From: an uncultured Solirubrobacterales bacterium
GTDB taxonomy: Bacteria; Actinomycetota; Thermoleophilia; Solirubrobacterales; Solirubrobacteraceae
DNA length: 64,000 nt
Reading direction: 5' to 3'
Assembly (NCBI GenBank): GCA_963706545.1
Contig: OY970161.1
Span: 3,954,105-4,018,104 of the forward strand
Made by a program: the position numbers and the translations under genes. The notes beneath the pieces are model-generated. The model was given only the letters and a program-made list of their open reading frames with translations, searched no databases and was not told the DNA's origin. Below are positions 1 through 9,572 of this stretch, one piece after another. Each line of letters begins with the position of its first letter. Positions within the stretch are counted from its first letter, which is position 1.

Positions 1-2020
1 CCCTCCCGCCCTTGCCGGTCTTCTTGGTCTTGGGCCTCCTGACGCACCTGCCCTTCCTCTTCATGTAACCCTTCCCGCAATGCCTTGGCTTCCCCTTCGG
101 GGTGCCCACGGAGGTCGGCACGGGCTGCTGCAGGTTCCCCAAGCCAGAGAACGTCGCGCTCCCGCTTTCGCCGAGCAACGACGGCACGCTCGGCGGACCC
201 TGGCAGGAGTCACCGTTGCAGCCACCCGCCGGAATTGAAAGCGCAGAAAAACCGCCGTCGATCCGCGCGTCGTAGAGACTCGCCAGCCCATCGCTGTCCT
301 GCGGCAGGATACCTTCGGTCAACGTGAAGAAGATATCACGGCCCGACGGCGTGACCGTCGCCTGTATGTCGGACGTCAACGAATGCCCCGTCGAGATCAG
401 CCCCACCGTACCTTCGTGCCACTCGTAGACGTCAACAGCACCCGACTGCGACTGCAAATCGTTGACCGCCCGCGGCGAGAGCGCTCCCGCGGTGCTGAAG
501 ACCACCGTCGAGCCGTCATCGCTGACAGCACGCGTGTTCGTCTCGAACAACCCCGCCTGGGCCACGTTGCCCGTGGCGCCATATTCAGGCACGGCTATGC
601 TCACGCCGCGGACGTTGCCATTGCCGTTTTCAGCGTAACCTTCTTCACCGGTCGAGACACGCACCAGCTTCCCGCTGCCCGCGTCATACTCGAAGACCTG
701 CGCAGACTTGCTTGTATCGCCTGGCGTAATATGCGCGGTCGTCGCGAATACAAAGAAGCGGCCCCCTTCGCAACCCGATTCTTCGGTTTCACCGAGTTCG
801 CGGCTGGGACAGCCGCTGCACTGAGCCTCGATTTCGCCGCTGTTGCCGCCGGGAACCGCCTGCGCGATGAACGCCGCCTCCTTCGTCACCGTGTCATACA
901 CGTACAGGTTCTCCTTGCCTTCTTCAGCTTTTTCGTCGTTTTCGTTTTCGTTCGCGGCGAGCACACCCGTCGAGAGGAAGTACAGATGAGAACCATCGTC
1001 GCTGGAGCGCAGATAGGTGTTCGAGTCCCCAGCCGGAGCGATCGCCACCCGTTCAGTGACTGTTTCCTGCCCCGATTCGCTATCGATGAGGTCCATGAAA
1101 AGTTCACCGCCAGCACTCTTGAGGAAGACCTTCGCACCACTACCGGACGCACCCTCGAACAGACCATCGAGTGCGAGCGTCTTCGCTCCATTCACACGAA
1201 CATACGATATCCCGCTCGTCGCCTTGTTCGTAAAGAAGATCTCCGCTCCATCGTTGGAGATCGCGTGGAAAACCGATTCCAGACGCCCTTCACCGTTCCC
1301 AAGTTCAGCATTGAACGCCTCTTTGTTGGGAGGTGATTCAATCGAGACAGTGCGCAGCACCGGCGCCGGCCCGCCAACCCCGGCGAGCTCGTAGAGCTCG
1401 TGTTCGCCATTTTTAAAATCGAAACCGGGAATGACGATATGCGAGAAGCCCGGAGACTCATCCGCAGGCTGTTCTATACCCCTTTCTTCGAACTTAGGGA
1501 TATTCCCGTATTCCGGCAGTTCTTCGAAGGAAAAGGCCGGTGCTTCCGCCAGGTTCTGACTGAAAAACAGACCGGTAGTACCCGCCTGCGGACCAACCAG
1601 AAACTGGACGCGCACCACCTGCTTCGTCAGGTCGAAAGAACTCGTCATACCACTGACCAGCCCCCGGAGCGCAGCCGGGACGCCGACCCACGACGTTACC
1701 CAACCTTGCGTGCTCCGCCGGGCGATGTAGTGGTTCAATGCATACTCGCTCCCGATACCGGCAAACCCACCGGCCGAGACGAATTCTGCCGCTTCACCGT
1801 CGGGAGCCGTACCATCGAAGTAGAGCACTCCGCTGTCTGCTGTGTCCACAGGGCTGACCAGCTCATACGCACGGCACTCAGGAAGCTGAGTGGAGCGCGC
1901 TTCTGAACGCAACGCTTCGTTCGGGCACGCCGCGACGGCCTCGGTGGTACCCACAAGCCCCACTGCGCACACCAGCGTCAACCCGACCACCGCCACGAAT
2001 CGTGCATTCATTGGTTCCAT
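1..2020 (-). CDS. Secreted beta-propeller-like (TolB/WD40-like) protein, module copy 1; 3' end runs off the window
   Basis: Hand translation from ATG at 2020 (MEPMNARFVAVVGLTLVCAVG...) is open to position 2 and collinear with 12511..14562 (RAYELVSP, AISNDGAEIFF, RAVSDDGSTVVFST, LYDARIDGG). It is missing from the ORF track because its stop lies outside the window. Confidence 0.85.
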   Translation of the reverse strand, partial: MEPMNARFVAVVGLTLVCAVGLVGTTEAVAACPNEALRSEARSTQLPECRAYELVSPVDTADSGVLYFDGTAPDGEAAEFVSAGGFAGIGSEYALNHYIARRSTQGWVTSWVGVPAALRGLVSGMTSSFDLTKQVVRVQFLVGPQAGTTGLFFSQNLAEAPAFSFEELPEYGNIPKFEERGIEQPADESPGFSHIVIPGFDFKNGEHELYELAGVGGPAPVLRTVSIESPPNKEAFNAELGNGEGRLESVFHAISNDGAEIFFTNKATSGISYVRVNGAKTLALDGLFEGASGSGAKVFLKSAGGELFMDLIDSESGQETVTERVAIAPAGDSNTYLRSSDDGSHLYFLSTGVLAANENENDEKAEEGKENLYVYDTVTKEAAFIAQAVPGGNSGEIEAQCSGCPSRELGETEESGCEGGRFFVFATTAHITPGDTSKSAQVFEYDAGSGKLVRVSTGEEGYAENGNGNVRGVSIAVPEYGATGNVAQAGLFETNTRAVSDDGSTVVFSTAGALSPRAVNDLQSQSGAVDVYEWHEGTVGLISTGHSLTSDIQATVTPSGRDIFFTLTEGILPQDSDGLASLYDARIDGGFSALSIPAGGCNGDSCQGPPSVPSLLGESGSATFSGLGNLQQPVPTSVGTPKGKPRHCGKGYMKRKGRCVRRPKTKKTGKGGR

Positions 2021-2065
2021 CCACTCTCTGTTTGGTTGGCTGGTTTCACCGGCACCGAATACGCC

Positions 2066-2096
2066 GGGTGGGACCGGCATCGTACCGGCCCCACCC
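2066..2096 (-). terminator. GC-rich hairpin between the small secreted gene and the propeller gene (copy 1)
   Basis: Imperfect inverted repeat gggtgggaccgg...ccggccccaccc with no U-tract. Equivalent hairpins occur in the other two copies. Confidence 0.5.
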
Positions 2097-2123
2097 AAAC
2101 ACCTAACTGTCTTCAGTCTACCG

Positions 2124-2768
2124 TCACGAGACCCGAATCCTACTGCCCGCTGTTGCCGATAACAGCGTGATTAGGCCCACTACTGCACCTGATTTTGCCC
2201 CTCCTTCGGTGCATTTCGCTTTGGGGCTATGTTCTTCTTCGAATTCGCTGACCACGACGCCTTTTACCGTTTCATTTGTTACCTTGGTGCTGGGCACAAG
2301 GCCGGCTTCTGCCAAACATTCATCCACTTTTGAACCGCCTATGGTTTTGCATTTTACGCGCCATCCCGGTTCACCGTTACCGGTCGTCTTGATATTGTCA
2401 CGTAGTTCTTTGCCGCTTTCGTACACTTCAGTTTGCCACGGCAGGCCTTTCGCTGTGATTTCTTCTACGTTTTCACAGACTTTCTTGGCTGCGCACTGCG
2501 AGGCCTGGACTTCGATGACTTCTACCCTGTCGAGACTTCCGGGGCCGATCGTCCCTTTCTCGGCGCCACCGCATTCGACTTCTGATGTGCCCAGGAGCGT
2601 TTTGGTGTCCTTCAATTTCAATGTCCCCGTGCCCATCACTTTTTCCGTCCCTTTCACTTCTGTTCCGTTTTGTTCCCACACGGGCGCTGCGGAGGCCGTA
2701 GCCGCTGTCGCCATGGCCATCGCCGCCAATGCCACGAGGCAAAGCCCCGCGATCCTAATGAACCTCAT
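2124..2768 (-). CDS. Small secreted protein with signal peptide and 6 conserved Cys (MRFIRI family, copy 1)
   Basis: 214 aa. Signal peptide ends ATASA, strong SD (aaaggagaag), paralogous to 8532..9155 and 14670..15299. Confidence 0.9.
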   Translation of the reverse strand: MRFIRIAGLCLVALAAMAMATAATASAAPVWEQNGTEVKGTEKVMGTGTLKLKDTKTLLGTSEVECGGAEKGTIGPGSLDRVEVIEVQASQCAAKKVCENVEEITAKGLPWQTEVYESGKELRDNIKTTGNGEPGWRVKCKTIGGSKVDECLAEAGLVPSTKVTNETVKGVVVSEFEEEHSPKAKCTEGGAKSGAVVGLITLLSATAGSRIRVS

Positions 2769-3219
2769 GTTTGCTTCTCCTTTGTATGTACTCGCTATTG
2801 ATGGATAATGGTCACCAGGAACACCGCATCGCCACGATTCAACGGCGCGACACCCTTGCCGACCAGTAATGCCTACTGCCTAACCTTCACACTTAGCGAC
2901 CCTTTGTCGAGTCACCTCGGCAACTCCCCAGCTGCTAACTCCCGGGAGGTTCATATGCATCGGCGCACAACGGTCAGGTCACAGGACCTTCCGGTCCTAT
3001 TGATCTTCGTCTTTTCTTCTGCCGGTGCATGATATTCGCTTCCCTTTATGTTTCGCAGCCTTGAAGCTGCCTGTACATGCCTGTACAACATGGCAGGTCT
3101 ACGAAGGCATTTCAACCCTTGTCTCCGACTCGACCGTGGCTGCGCCGGCGCGGGCCAAGAGGCCGCGAAAATGGTTTGAATACAGGGGATACGGCTCCTT
3201 CGGGCCTCCGGAGGCGCCC
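2769..3219. repeat. Conserved ~450 bp non-coding leader of the module (copy 1)
   Basis: Aligns by eye to 9156..9572 and 15300..15737. Confidence 0.85.
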
Positions 3220-3249
3220 TTACGGAGGGGCCTGACGGATGACCGGCCG
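3220..3249 (-). repeat. Duplicate of the last 30 bp of gcvPB
   Basis: ttacggaggggcctgacggatgaccggccg matches 15738..15767 at 29 of 30 positions. Confidence 0.9.
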
Positions 3250-3253
3250 ATGC

Positions 3254-5653
3254 TTAGCCGTAAAAACGCGAGATGACGAGTAGCTGGCTGAAGATGTCGT
3301 GGAAGAGAAACAGGACCACGGTCAGGGCCCCGGCGGCTGGCCCGAGGCGCCGGCCGGCCCCGCGCGTGGCGAGGGCGAGGAGGGCGGCGGCGAGCGGGAG
3401 GAGCGGCAGGAGGTAGCGCGGCTCGGCGTAGCCTGCTCCCTGGATGAAGCGGTTGAGGTGTGAGTCGAGGCCGATCAATAGAAGCAGCCCGAGCGCCATC
3501 GAGAGGTAGACGAGGATCTCTGAGAGGCGGGCGCGCAGCGCGCGGTGGCGCGCGAGGAGCGAGCGCAAACACAGCAGCGCGAGCAGGGTGGCGGGGATCA
3601 GCGCGAGGTTGTAGACCCAGACCGGGAAGGTCGTGTCGAGCCAACCGTAGAGGCCGACGGTGCGGTTGAACCAGACGTCGCGGAGGGTCGAGAGGCCGGG
3701 GAACCAGGCGGACATACCGGGGAGGCGGGGGAGGTAGAGCTGCCAGGTGTAGGCGACCTCTTCGACGATCGACTGCCGCCGCAGGCCCTGGAGGGCGACC
3801 GTGACCAGACCCAGGGCATGATGGTGAAAGAGGAGGTTGTCGAGGACGTAGAGGCAGCCAGGGCTGAGGGCGAGCGCCAGTCCGAGCGCCAGCGGGCCGA
3901 AGGCGCGTGCGGGCCGGCCGGTCGCGGGGTCGGCGTCGGGGGCAGACGGGTCGGCGGGGTCGGGATCGGCGCCGGGGTGGGAATCGGCGGGGTCGGCGGG
4001 GTCGGGGTCGGCGGCGGAGTCGGAGGGGGCGCCGGCGCGGGGCCGCCCGCGGAGGGCGAGCACGAAGAGCCCGAGGAATGCGCCGGGCGCGAGCCCGACG
4101 AAGTTGAGCTTGGAGAGAAAGCCCAGGGCGATGAGTACGCCGATCGCGGCGGCGTTGCCCCGGGAAAGCCCACGGCGGAAGGCGCGCGCGAGCGCGAAGA
4201 AGAGCGCGGCGCAGACGGCGCAAAGGAGCGCGTCGGGGGTGACCGCGCCGGAGGTCACGCCGAGCAGCGGCAGGAACGCCGCCGAGAGACCGGCCACGGT
4301 CCACGCCCAAGGCGCGCGGGGAAGGGCCTCGCGGACGAAAAGGAAGACGAACAGCGCCGAGAGACCGGCGAAGAGCGCGCTGAGGAGCCGCATCGCCTCG
4401 AGGCGATCGAGCAGGTTGCCGGAGTAGGCGAGGCGGTAGGGGATCGTCTCGAGCGCGTAGTAGAGCGGCGGCTGGGAGGAGGCGACGCCGGCCCCGCGCG
4501 TGTCTGAGCGGTTGAAGGGAAGGGCGAGGTCTTCCCCGAGCTGCCGCCGCGCGGCCGGCGAGGAGATCGTCCCGACTTCGGGGTGCCACTCGACGGCGCG
4601 CTGGCGGAGGTCCCGCAGGATGATGGTCTCCTCCCCGGAGAAGAGGTCCCTCGGCGAGTGCGGCAGCCGCCCGGTTTCCGCCAAAAGCTGGGCGTAGGCG
4701 AAGTGCGAGGGCTCGTCGGGGAACTGGAAGGGCGGTGTGACGAGCGACCAGGAGACCGCGCTCAGGAAGGCGACGAGGGCACAGGTCAACGCGGCCCGCC
4801 GGACCCGCCGCGACGCCGCAACGGCCTCCCCACCCGCCGAAGGAGCGTCCTGTGAGCCCGCCGGGAAATCGGCAAGCGGCCGGAAGGTCGTGCGCGGAGC
4901 GCGCGCGCCGTCAACGCCTTCCCGCAGGACGAGGCGCGCAGCGAGGAGGGCAGCGGCGAGCATCAGGGCGGCCACCAGCCACGCGACCCACGCGCCGGAA
5001 GGAGCGCGCGCGAAACCCATGCGGGCAGCGATCGAGGAGGCGAGCGAGAGCCAGGAGCGCGGGCCGGGCCGGAGGTATTCCATCCTCAGCCAGACGGCGT
5101 GGATGCCGGCGGGCGTCGTGACGCGCGTCCCGTTGAGCTGGACCGGTTCGACCGATTCCCCGACCGTCGTGCAGGCGTTCGCGGAGGCGATCGTCTTCGC
5201 TACCCGCGCGACCGGGACGGTGACGGTTTCGCCGACCCCCCAGCCGGGGGCGTGGACGCCCGTGGCCACGACGGAGGCACCCCTGAAGATCTTCAAAGAG
5301 ACGCGCGGCCCGACATTCGCCGAGAGTGAGACGCGGACCGCTTCGGTCCCCGCCGGCACGGTCCCGGCGCTCTGACAGATCGTCACTTCGCCGCCGCTCG
5401 TGTAGCCGACAAGCATGTTCGCGGCGACGCCGTCGGTGCCGGCGACGACGTTCAACGGGGGACGCGAGAGTACGACGACGAGCGCCACCACCCCAGCCGC
5501 GAGGCCAACGGCAAGCGCGAGCCCTACGTAAAGCCCGGAACGCGCGCCGGCCGAAGGGGCACCCGCCGCGATCGGCGGGCGAGAGGGGATGTGGCCCTCG
5601 GCCGTTGTGCTCACAGGACCGGGAGGATCGAGGAGGCACCGAGCCTCGCGCAA
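3254..5653 (-). CDS. Polytopic membrane protein, DUF2142 / GT-C glycosyltransferase-like; start uncertain (possibly GTG 5614)
   Basis: Motifs TPPFQFPDEPSHFAY, QPPLYY, LSKLNF, RYLLP, many TM helices and an N-terminal extracytoplasmic domain. Confidence 0.7.
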   Translation of the reverse strand: MREARCLLDPPGPVSTTAEGHIPSRPPIAAGAPSAGARSGLYVGLALAVGLAAGVVALVVVLSRPPLNVVAGTDGVAANMLVGYTSGGEVTICQSAGTVPAGTEAVRVSLSANVGPRVSLKIFRGASVVATGVHAPGWGVGETVTVPVARVAKTIASANACTTVGESVEPVQLNGTRVTTPAGIHAVWLRMEYLRPGPRSWLSLASSIAARMGFARAPSGAWVAWLVAALMLAAALLAARLVLREGVDGARAPRTTFRPLADFPAGSQDAPSAGGEAVAASRRVRRAALTCALVAFLSAVSWSLVTPPFQFPDEPSHFAYAQLLAETGRLPHSPRDLFSGEETIILRDLRQRAVEWHPEVGTISSPAARRQLGEDLALPFNRSDTRGAGVASSQPPLYYALETIPYRLAYSGNLLDRLEAMRLLSALFAGLSALFVFLFVREALPRAPWAWTVAGLSAAFLPLLGVTSGAVTPDALLCAVCAALFFALARAFRRGLSRGNAAAIGVLIALGFLSKLNFVGLAPGAFLGLFVLALRGRPRAGAPSDSAADPDPADPADSHPGADPDPADPSAPDADPATGRPARAFGPLALGLALALSPGCLYVLDNLLFHHHALGLVTVALQGLRRQSIVEEVAYTWQLYLPRLPGMSAWFPGLSTLRDVWFNRTVGLYGWLDTTFPVWVYNLALIPATLLALLCLRSLLARHRALRARLSEILVYLSMALGLLLLIGLDSHLNRFIQGAGYAEPRYLLPLLPLAAALLALATRGAGRRLGPAAGALTVVLFLFHDIFSQLLVISRFYG

Positions 5654-5722
5654 GCGGCCGGGAGGAAAGCCCCGAAAACGGGCACGCCACGGCCCATTCG
5701 CGTTTCCGACCTGGGCGCGCCT

Positions 5723-6412
5723 TTACGACTCGACGGCCGGCCCCTCGCCGCCCCCACGCGCCTCCCCGGCCCGCAGCAGCCGCTCGCGCAGCTCGGCGCG
5801 CTCCTCGGGGGTCGGGTCCCACTGCGAAACGTCGGGCAGCGCCTCCAACGAGCGCAGCCCAAAGAGCTTGAGGAAGTCCGTCGTCGTGCGATACAGCACC
5901 GCCCCGAACTGCGAACGGCCGGCCTCCTCGATCAGGCCGTGCTCCAGCAGCGTGGAGGACGCGGAATCAGCCGAGACGCCGCGGATGCGCGTGATCTCCG
6001 GCCGCGACACCGGCTGCAGGTAGGCAACGATCGCCAACGTCTCGGCCTGCGCCGGCGTCAGCGTCGCGGCGCGCGGCCGGCTGAAGAGGCGCCGCGCGGC
6101 CTCCTCCGTGGCGGGGTCGGTCGCGAACGTAAAGCCACCCGCCAGCTCGCGCAGTTGGATCCCCCTGTTTCCGGGGCCGTACCGCTCGGCGAGCAAGCCA
6201 ATCGCCTCGACGACCATCGGCTCCTCGGCCTGCGTCGCGTCAGCCAACTCGCGGACGCTGAGCGGATTGCTACTGAGGAAAAGCAGCGCCTCCACGGTGC
6301 GGGCGAGCTCCGCGAGGCCGGCCTCCTCGGCGGCCTCGGCCACAGGCGCCGCCTCGACGGCCGGGACCTCCTGCACCCGCTCGGACCCGTCCACGTCGGC
6401 CCCCTCGCTCAC
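5723..6412 (-). CDS. scpB: SMC-Scp complex subunit ScpB
   Basis: VEALLF, ETLAIVAYLQPVSRPEITRIRGV, LYRTT..FL..FGL..L..LP. Confidence 0.95.
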   Translation of the reverse strand: MSEGADVDGSERVQEVPAVEAAPVAEAAEEAGLAELARTVEALLFLSSNPLSVRELADATQAEEPMVVEAIGLLAERYGPGNRGIQLRELAGGFTFATDPATEEAARRLFSRPRAATLTPAQAETLAIVAYLQPVSRPEITRIRGVSADSASSTLLEHGLIEEAGRSQFGAVLYRTTTDFLKLFGLRSLEALPDVSQWDPTPEERAELRERLLRAGEARGGGEGPAVES

Positions 6413-7177
6413 TCAGGCCCATCCGATCGCCGCCGCCGGGGCGACAGGCCGCTCGGCGAGCGCGCGGACGTCGATCGCGCCGAAGCACTCGTCCTGCTCC
6501 CAGATGGCTTCGCCGCGTTTGTAGAGCTCCAACAGCGCAAAGAGCGTGACCGCGACCGTCATGCGGTCGGCGCCAGCGACGGCCTCGTCGAACGTAAAGC
6601 GCCCGCGCCGCAAGAGCGCGCGCAGGTGGGCGAGGCGCTCGCTCAAGCTGACGCGCGGGATCGTGATGTGGCGAATGCTGATCGCCGGCGGCAGCGCCAG
6701 GAGTCGCCCGATCGCTTCGCCGAGCGCCGTCGGGTCGTGGCCTCCCTCGACAAACTCCGGTGCCACGGCGCGCAGGTGCGCCGGCGGCGGCGCCGCCCGG
6801 AAGCGGACGCCCTCCTCGCGCGCGAGCAGTTCGCGCAGCAGGCCGGCCGCGGAGCGGTAGCGGCGGGCGTCGAGCATCCGCTCCAGCAGCTCCTCGGCAG
6901 CCTCGGCGGGCTCCAGTTCGAGCAGCGCCTCGTCCTCTTCGCCGGCGAGCATCAGCCGCGACTTCAGCTCCAAAAGGGCCGCGAGCAGGACGATGAACTC
7001 GGTCGCGCTCTCCAGGTCGAGCTCGCCGCGCCCCTCCATGTGGTCGAGGTAGGCCAGCACGACCTCCGCGACCTGCAGCTCGAGGAGGTCGATCTCCTCG
7101 CGCAACACCAACGTCAACAGCAGGTCAAAGGGCCCGCTGAAGAGGTCGAGATCGAGCTCGAGGGAGGCGATGCTCAC
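6413..7177 (-). CDS. scpA: Segregation and condensation protein A (kleisin)
   Basis: FSGPFDLLLTLV, EFIVLLAALLELKSRLML, LFALLEL, EQDECFG; adjacent to scpB. Confidence 0.95.
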   Translation of the reverse strand: MSIASLELDLDLFSGPFDLLLTLVLREEIDLLELQVAEVVLAYLDHMEGRGELDLESATEFIVLLAALLELKSRLMLAGEEDEALLELEPAEAAEELLERMLDARRYRSAAGLLRELLAREEGVRFRAAPPPAHLRAVAPEFVEGGHDPTALGEAIGRLLALPPAISIRHITIPRVSLSERLAHLRALLRRGRFTFDEAVAGADRMTVAVTLFALLELYKRGEAIWEQDECFGAIDVRALAERPVAPAAAIGWA

Positions 7178-7278
7178 CCTCCCACGGTACCGGTCGGATC
7201 CGACGGTCTGCCGCGACGTGGACGCGGCGCCCGACAGGCCCGGCCCGTGCGCGGCTCAGCCCCGCCCCGCGACGCGGC

Positions 7279-8283
7279 TCAACCCGCCCGCGCGGCCCCC
7301 ACGCCCATCGCCGCGCGCACATCGGCAAGCGTCTCCGCGGCGATCCCGCGCGCCCGCGCAGCCCCCTCGGCAAGCACGGCCTCGAGCGCCGCCTCGTCGG
7401 CCCGCAGCGCGGTGTAACGCTCGCGCACCGGGGCGAACAGCGCGACGACGGCCTCCGCAACGGCACCCTTCAGATCGCCGTAGCCGCGGGCCTCCGCGAG
7501 GTCGGCTTCCACCTGCTCCGGTGTCGCAGAGCGCGCGGCGGCCAAGATCTCGATCAGGTTGGAGACCCCCGGCTTGTCCGCCGCACGGCGGATCTCGCTG
7601 CCGGAGTCGGTCACGGCGCGGCGGAACTTCTTCTCGATCGCCGCCGGCTCGTCGAGCACGTAGACGGTGCCCTCGGGGCTCCCTCCCGTCGTGGACATCT
7701 TCCGCGTCGGCTCCTGGAGGTCCATGATCCGCGCCCCCACCTCGGGGATGCGGTGCTCCGGCACGACCAAAATCTCGCAGCCGCCCCCGAACCGCGCGTT
7801 GAACCGCCGCGCCACATCGCGCATCAGCTCCAGGTGCTCACGCTGGTCCTCCCCCACCGGAACCTCCCGCGCGCGATAGGCGAGCACGTCGGCCGCCTGC
7901 AAGACCGGATAGACAAGCAGCCCCGTCGAAACGAGCTCGCGCTGCACGACCGACTTGTCGCGGAACTGGTGCATCCGCCGCAGCCGGCCCAGCTCGGTCA
8001 CCGAGCACAGCAGCCAGCACAGCTCGGTATGCTCCGGCACGTCGCTCTGGCGGAAGAGGATGCAGCGCCCCGGATCGAGCCCGGCCGCGAGCAGCAACGC
8101 CGTCAGGTCGTACAGGCTCTCACGCAGCGCCGCCGGCTCATACGCCACCGTGATCGCATGCAGATCGACGATGCAGTAGAGCGCCTCCCCGCGCTCCTGC
8201 CCGGCGACGTACTGGACGATCGCGCCGAGGTAGTTGCCCAGGTGCTTCGTGCCGGTCGGCTGGATGCCGGAGAAGATGCGCAT
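7279..8283 (-). CDS. trpS: Tryptophan--tRNA ligase
   Basis: IFSGIQPTG..HLGNY, YPVLQAADVL, VPVGEDQ, KMST. Confidence 0.97.
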   Translation of the reverse strand: MRIFSGIQPTGTKHLGNYLGAIVQYVAGQERGEALYCIVDLHAITVAYEPAALRESLYDLTALLLAAGLDPGRCILFRQSDVPEHTELCWLLCSVTELGRLRRMHQFRDKSVVQRELVSTGLLVYPVLQAADVLAYRAREVPVGEDQREHLELMRDVARRFNARFGGGCEILVVPEHRIPEVGARIMDLQEPTRKMSTTGGSPEGTVYVLDEPAAIEKKFRRAVTDSGSEIRRAADKPGVSNLIEILAAARSATPEQVEADLAEARGYGDLKGAVAEAVVALFAPVRERYTALRADEAALEAVLAEGAARARGIAAETLADVRAAMGVGAARAG

Positions 8284-8303
8284 TGGGTGGAGAGTATCTA
8301 CCT

Positions 8304-8422
8304 AAGGTCGCCGCAGGACACGCCTTCTGCAAGGTCTTCAAGCGCGAGGACGATCGATCACAGCATTGACGACCCGCAACTGGCCGATCAGCGCGACGAG
8401 TCGTACATACATTGGGTCCATC
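8304..8422 (-). pseudogene. Mosaic deletion scar of the propeller and large-protein genes (module copy 2)
   Basis: 8304-8347 matches 10053-10096, 8347-8382 matches 10370-10405, and 8384 onward matches 14522 onward. It translates as MDPMYVRLVALIG-QLRVVNAVIDRP-RA-stop. Confidence 0.85.
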
Positions 8423-8466
8423 AACTCCCTCTCCGATCGGCCGACCCCGTCGGCGTTCGATATGCC

Positions 8467-8496
8467 GGGCGGGGCCGCCTTACGCCGGCCCCGCCC
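8467..8496 (-). terminator. GC-rich hairpin downstream of the small secreted gene (copy 2)
   Basis: gggcggggccg-N8-cggccccgccc. Confidence 0.55.
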
Positions 8497-8531
8497 GAGA
8501 ACCTACAAAACCTGACTGCCTTAAACTACCG

Positions 8532-9155
8532 TCACGAAACCGAAATCACTTTGCCAATCGGTTCGGATAACGTCGTGATTATGCCTTCCACTTCGCCTGA
8601 TGCGTCCGCTCCCTCGGTGCAGTCCGCTTTCGATTTTGGGTTGAATGTGCCGAGCTCATTCGGTGTTACGTTCGTTTGCACCTCATCGCCTTCTTTCCCG
8701 GCTTCCGTCACACATTCATCGGTTTTTCTACCAGCGAGGGTTTTGCACGTAACGGACCAACCCGGCTCGCCTTTGATTTCTGAGATCTTGTTGAGTACCT
8801 TGCCTTCGGTTTCGTACAGTTCGGTTTGCCACGGAAGGCTCAGTGGCTTGACTGTTTCTACGTTTTCACAGACTCTGATCGGTTTGCAACTCGCAACAGT
8901 TATGGTTTCTACGCGGTCAATCTTCCCGGGGCCGATCGTTCCCGTAGTCGTACCACTGCACTCGACGGCGGATTCGCCAAGAGGTGTCAGGTTGTCGGCG
9001 AGTCTCAACGTCCCCGAACCCATCACTTTTTCCGTCCCTTTCACTTCTGTTCCATTAACCTCCCACACGGGCTGCGCGGAGGCCGTAGCCGCTGTCGCCA
9101 TGGCCATCGCCGCCAATGCCACGAGGCAAAGCCCCACGATCCTAATGAACCTCAT
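8532..9155 (-). CDS. Small 6-Cys secreted protein (copy 2)
   Basis: 207 aa, signal peptide, same SD; closest to 14670..15299. Confidence 0.9.
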   Translation of the reverse strand: MRFIRIVGLCLVALAAMAMATAATASAQPVWEVNGTEVKGTEKVMGSGTLRLADNLTPLGESAVECSGTTTGTIGPGKIDRVETITVASCKPIRVCENVETVKPLSLPWQTELYETEGKVLNKISEIKGEPGWSVTCKTLAGRKTDECVTEAGKEGDEVQTNVTPNELGTFNPKSKADCTEGADASGEVEGIITTLSEPIGKVISVS

Positions 9156-9572
9156 ATCTGCTTCTCCTTTGTATGCACTCGCTATTGATAAATATGGTCG
9201 TCACGAACACCGCGCCGCCACAATTCAACGGCGCGACACCCTTGCCGACCAGTAACACCTACTACCTAACCTTCACACTCAGCGACCCTTTGTCGAGTCA
9301 CCTCAGCAACTCCCCGACCACTGACTTCCCGGGGAGGTTCACATGCATCGGCGCACGACGGTCAGATCGCGGGACCTTCCGGTCCTATTGATCTTCGTCT
9401 TATCTTCTGCCGGTGCATGGTATTCGCTTCCTTGATGGTCTGTTAGCGCAGCCTTGAAGCTGCCTGTACAACATGACAGGTCCGCGAAGGCATATCAACC
9501 CTTGTCTTCGACTCCACCGCTGGCTGCGCCGGCGCGGGCCGAGAAGCCACGCAAATGGATCGAATACAGGGG
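9156..9572. repeat. Conserved non-coding leader (copy 2)
   Basis: Aligns to copies 1 and 3 up to gaatacagggg. Confidence 0.85.

Noticed and set aside
7252-7290. Direct repeat gcggctca(g/a)cccgccc at the trpS 3' end as an integration site
   Set aside because: A 16 bp local duplication about 5 bp apart with nothing inserted. More likely slippage.
8304-8400. Short host-matching fragments read as CRISPR-like spacers
   Set aside because: No repeats separate them, they are collinear with the neighbouring module, and no cas genes are present. A deletion scar explains them.
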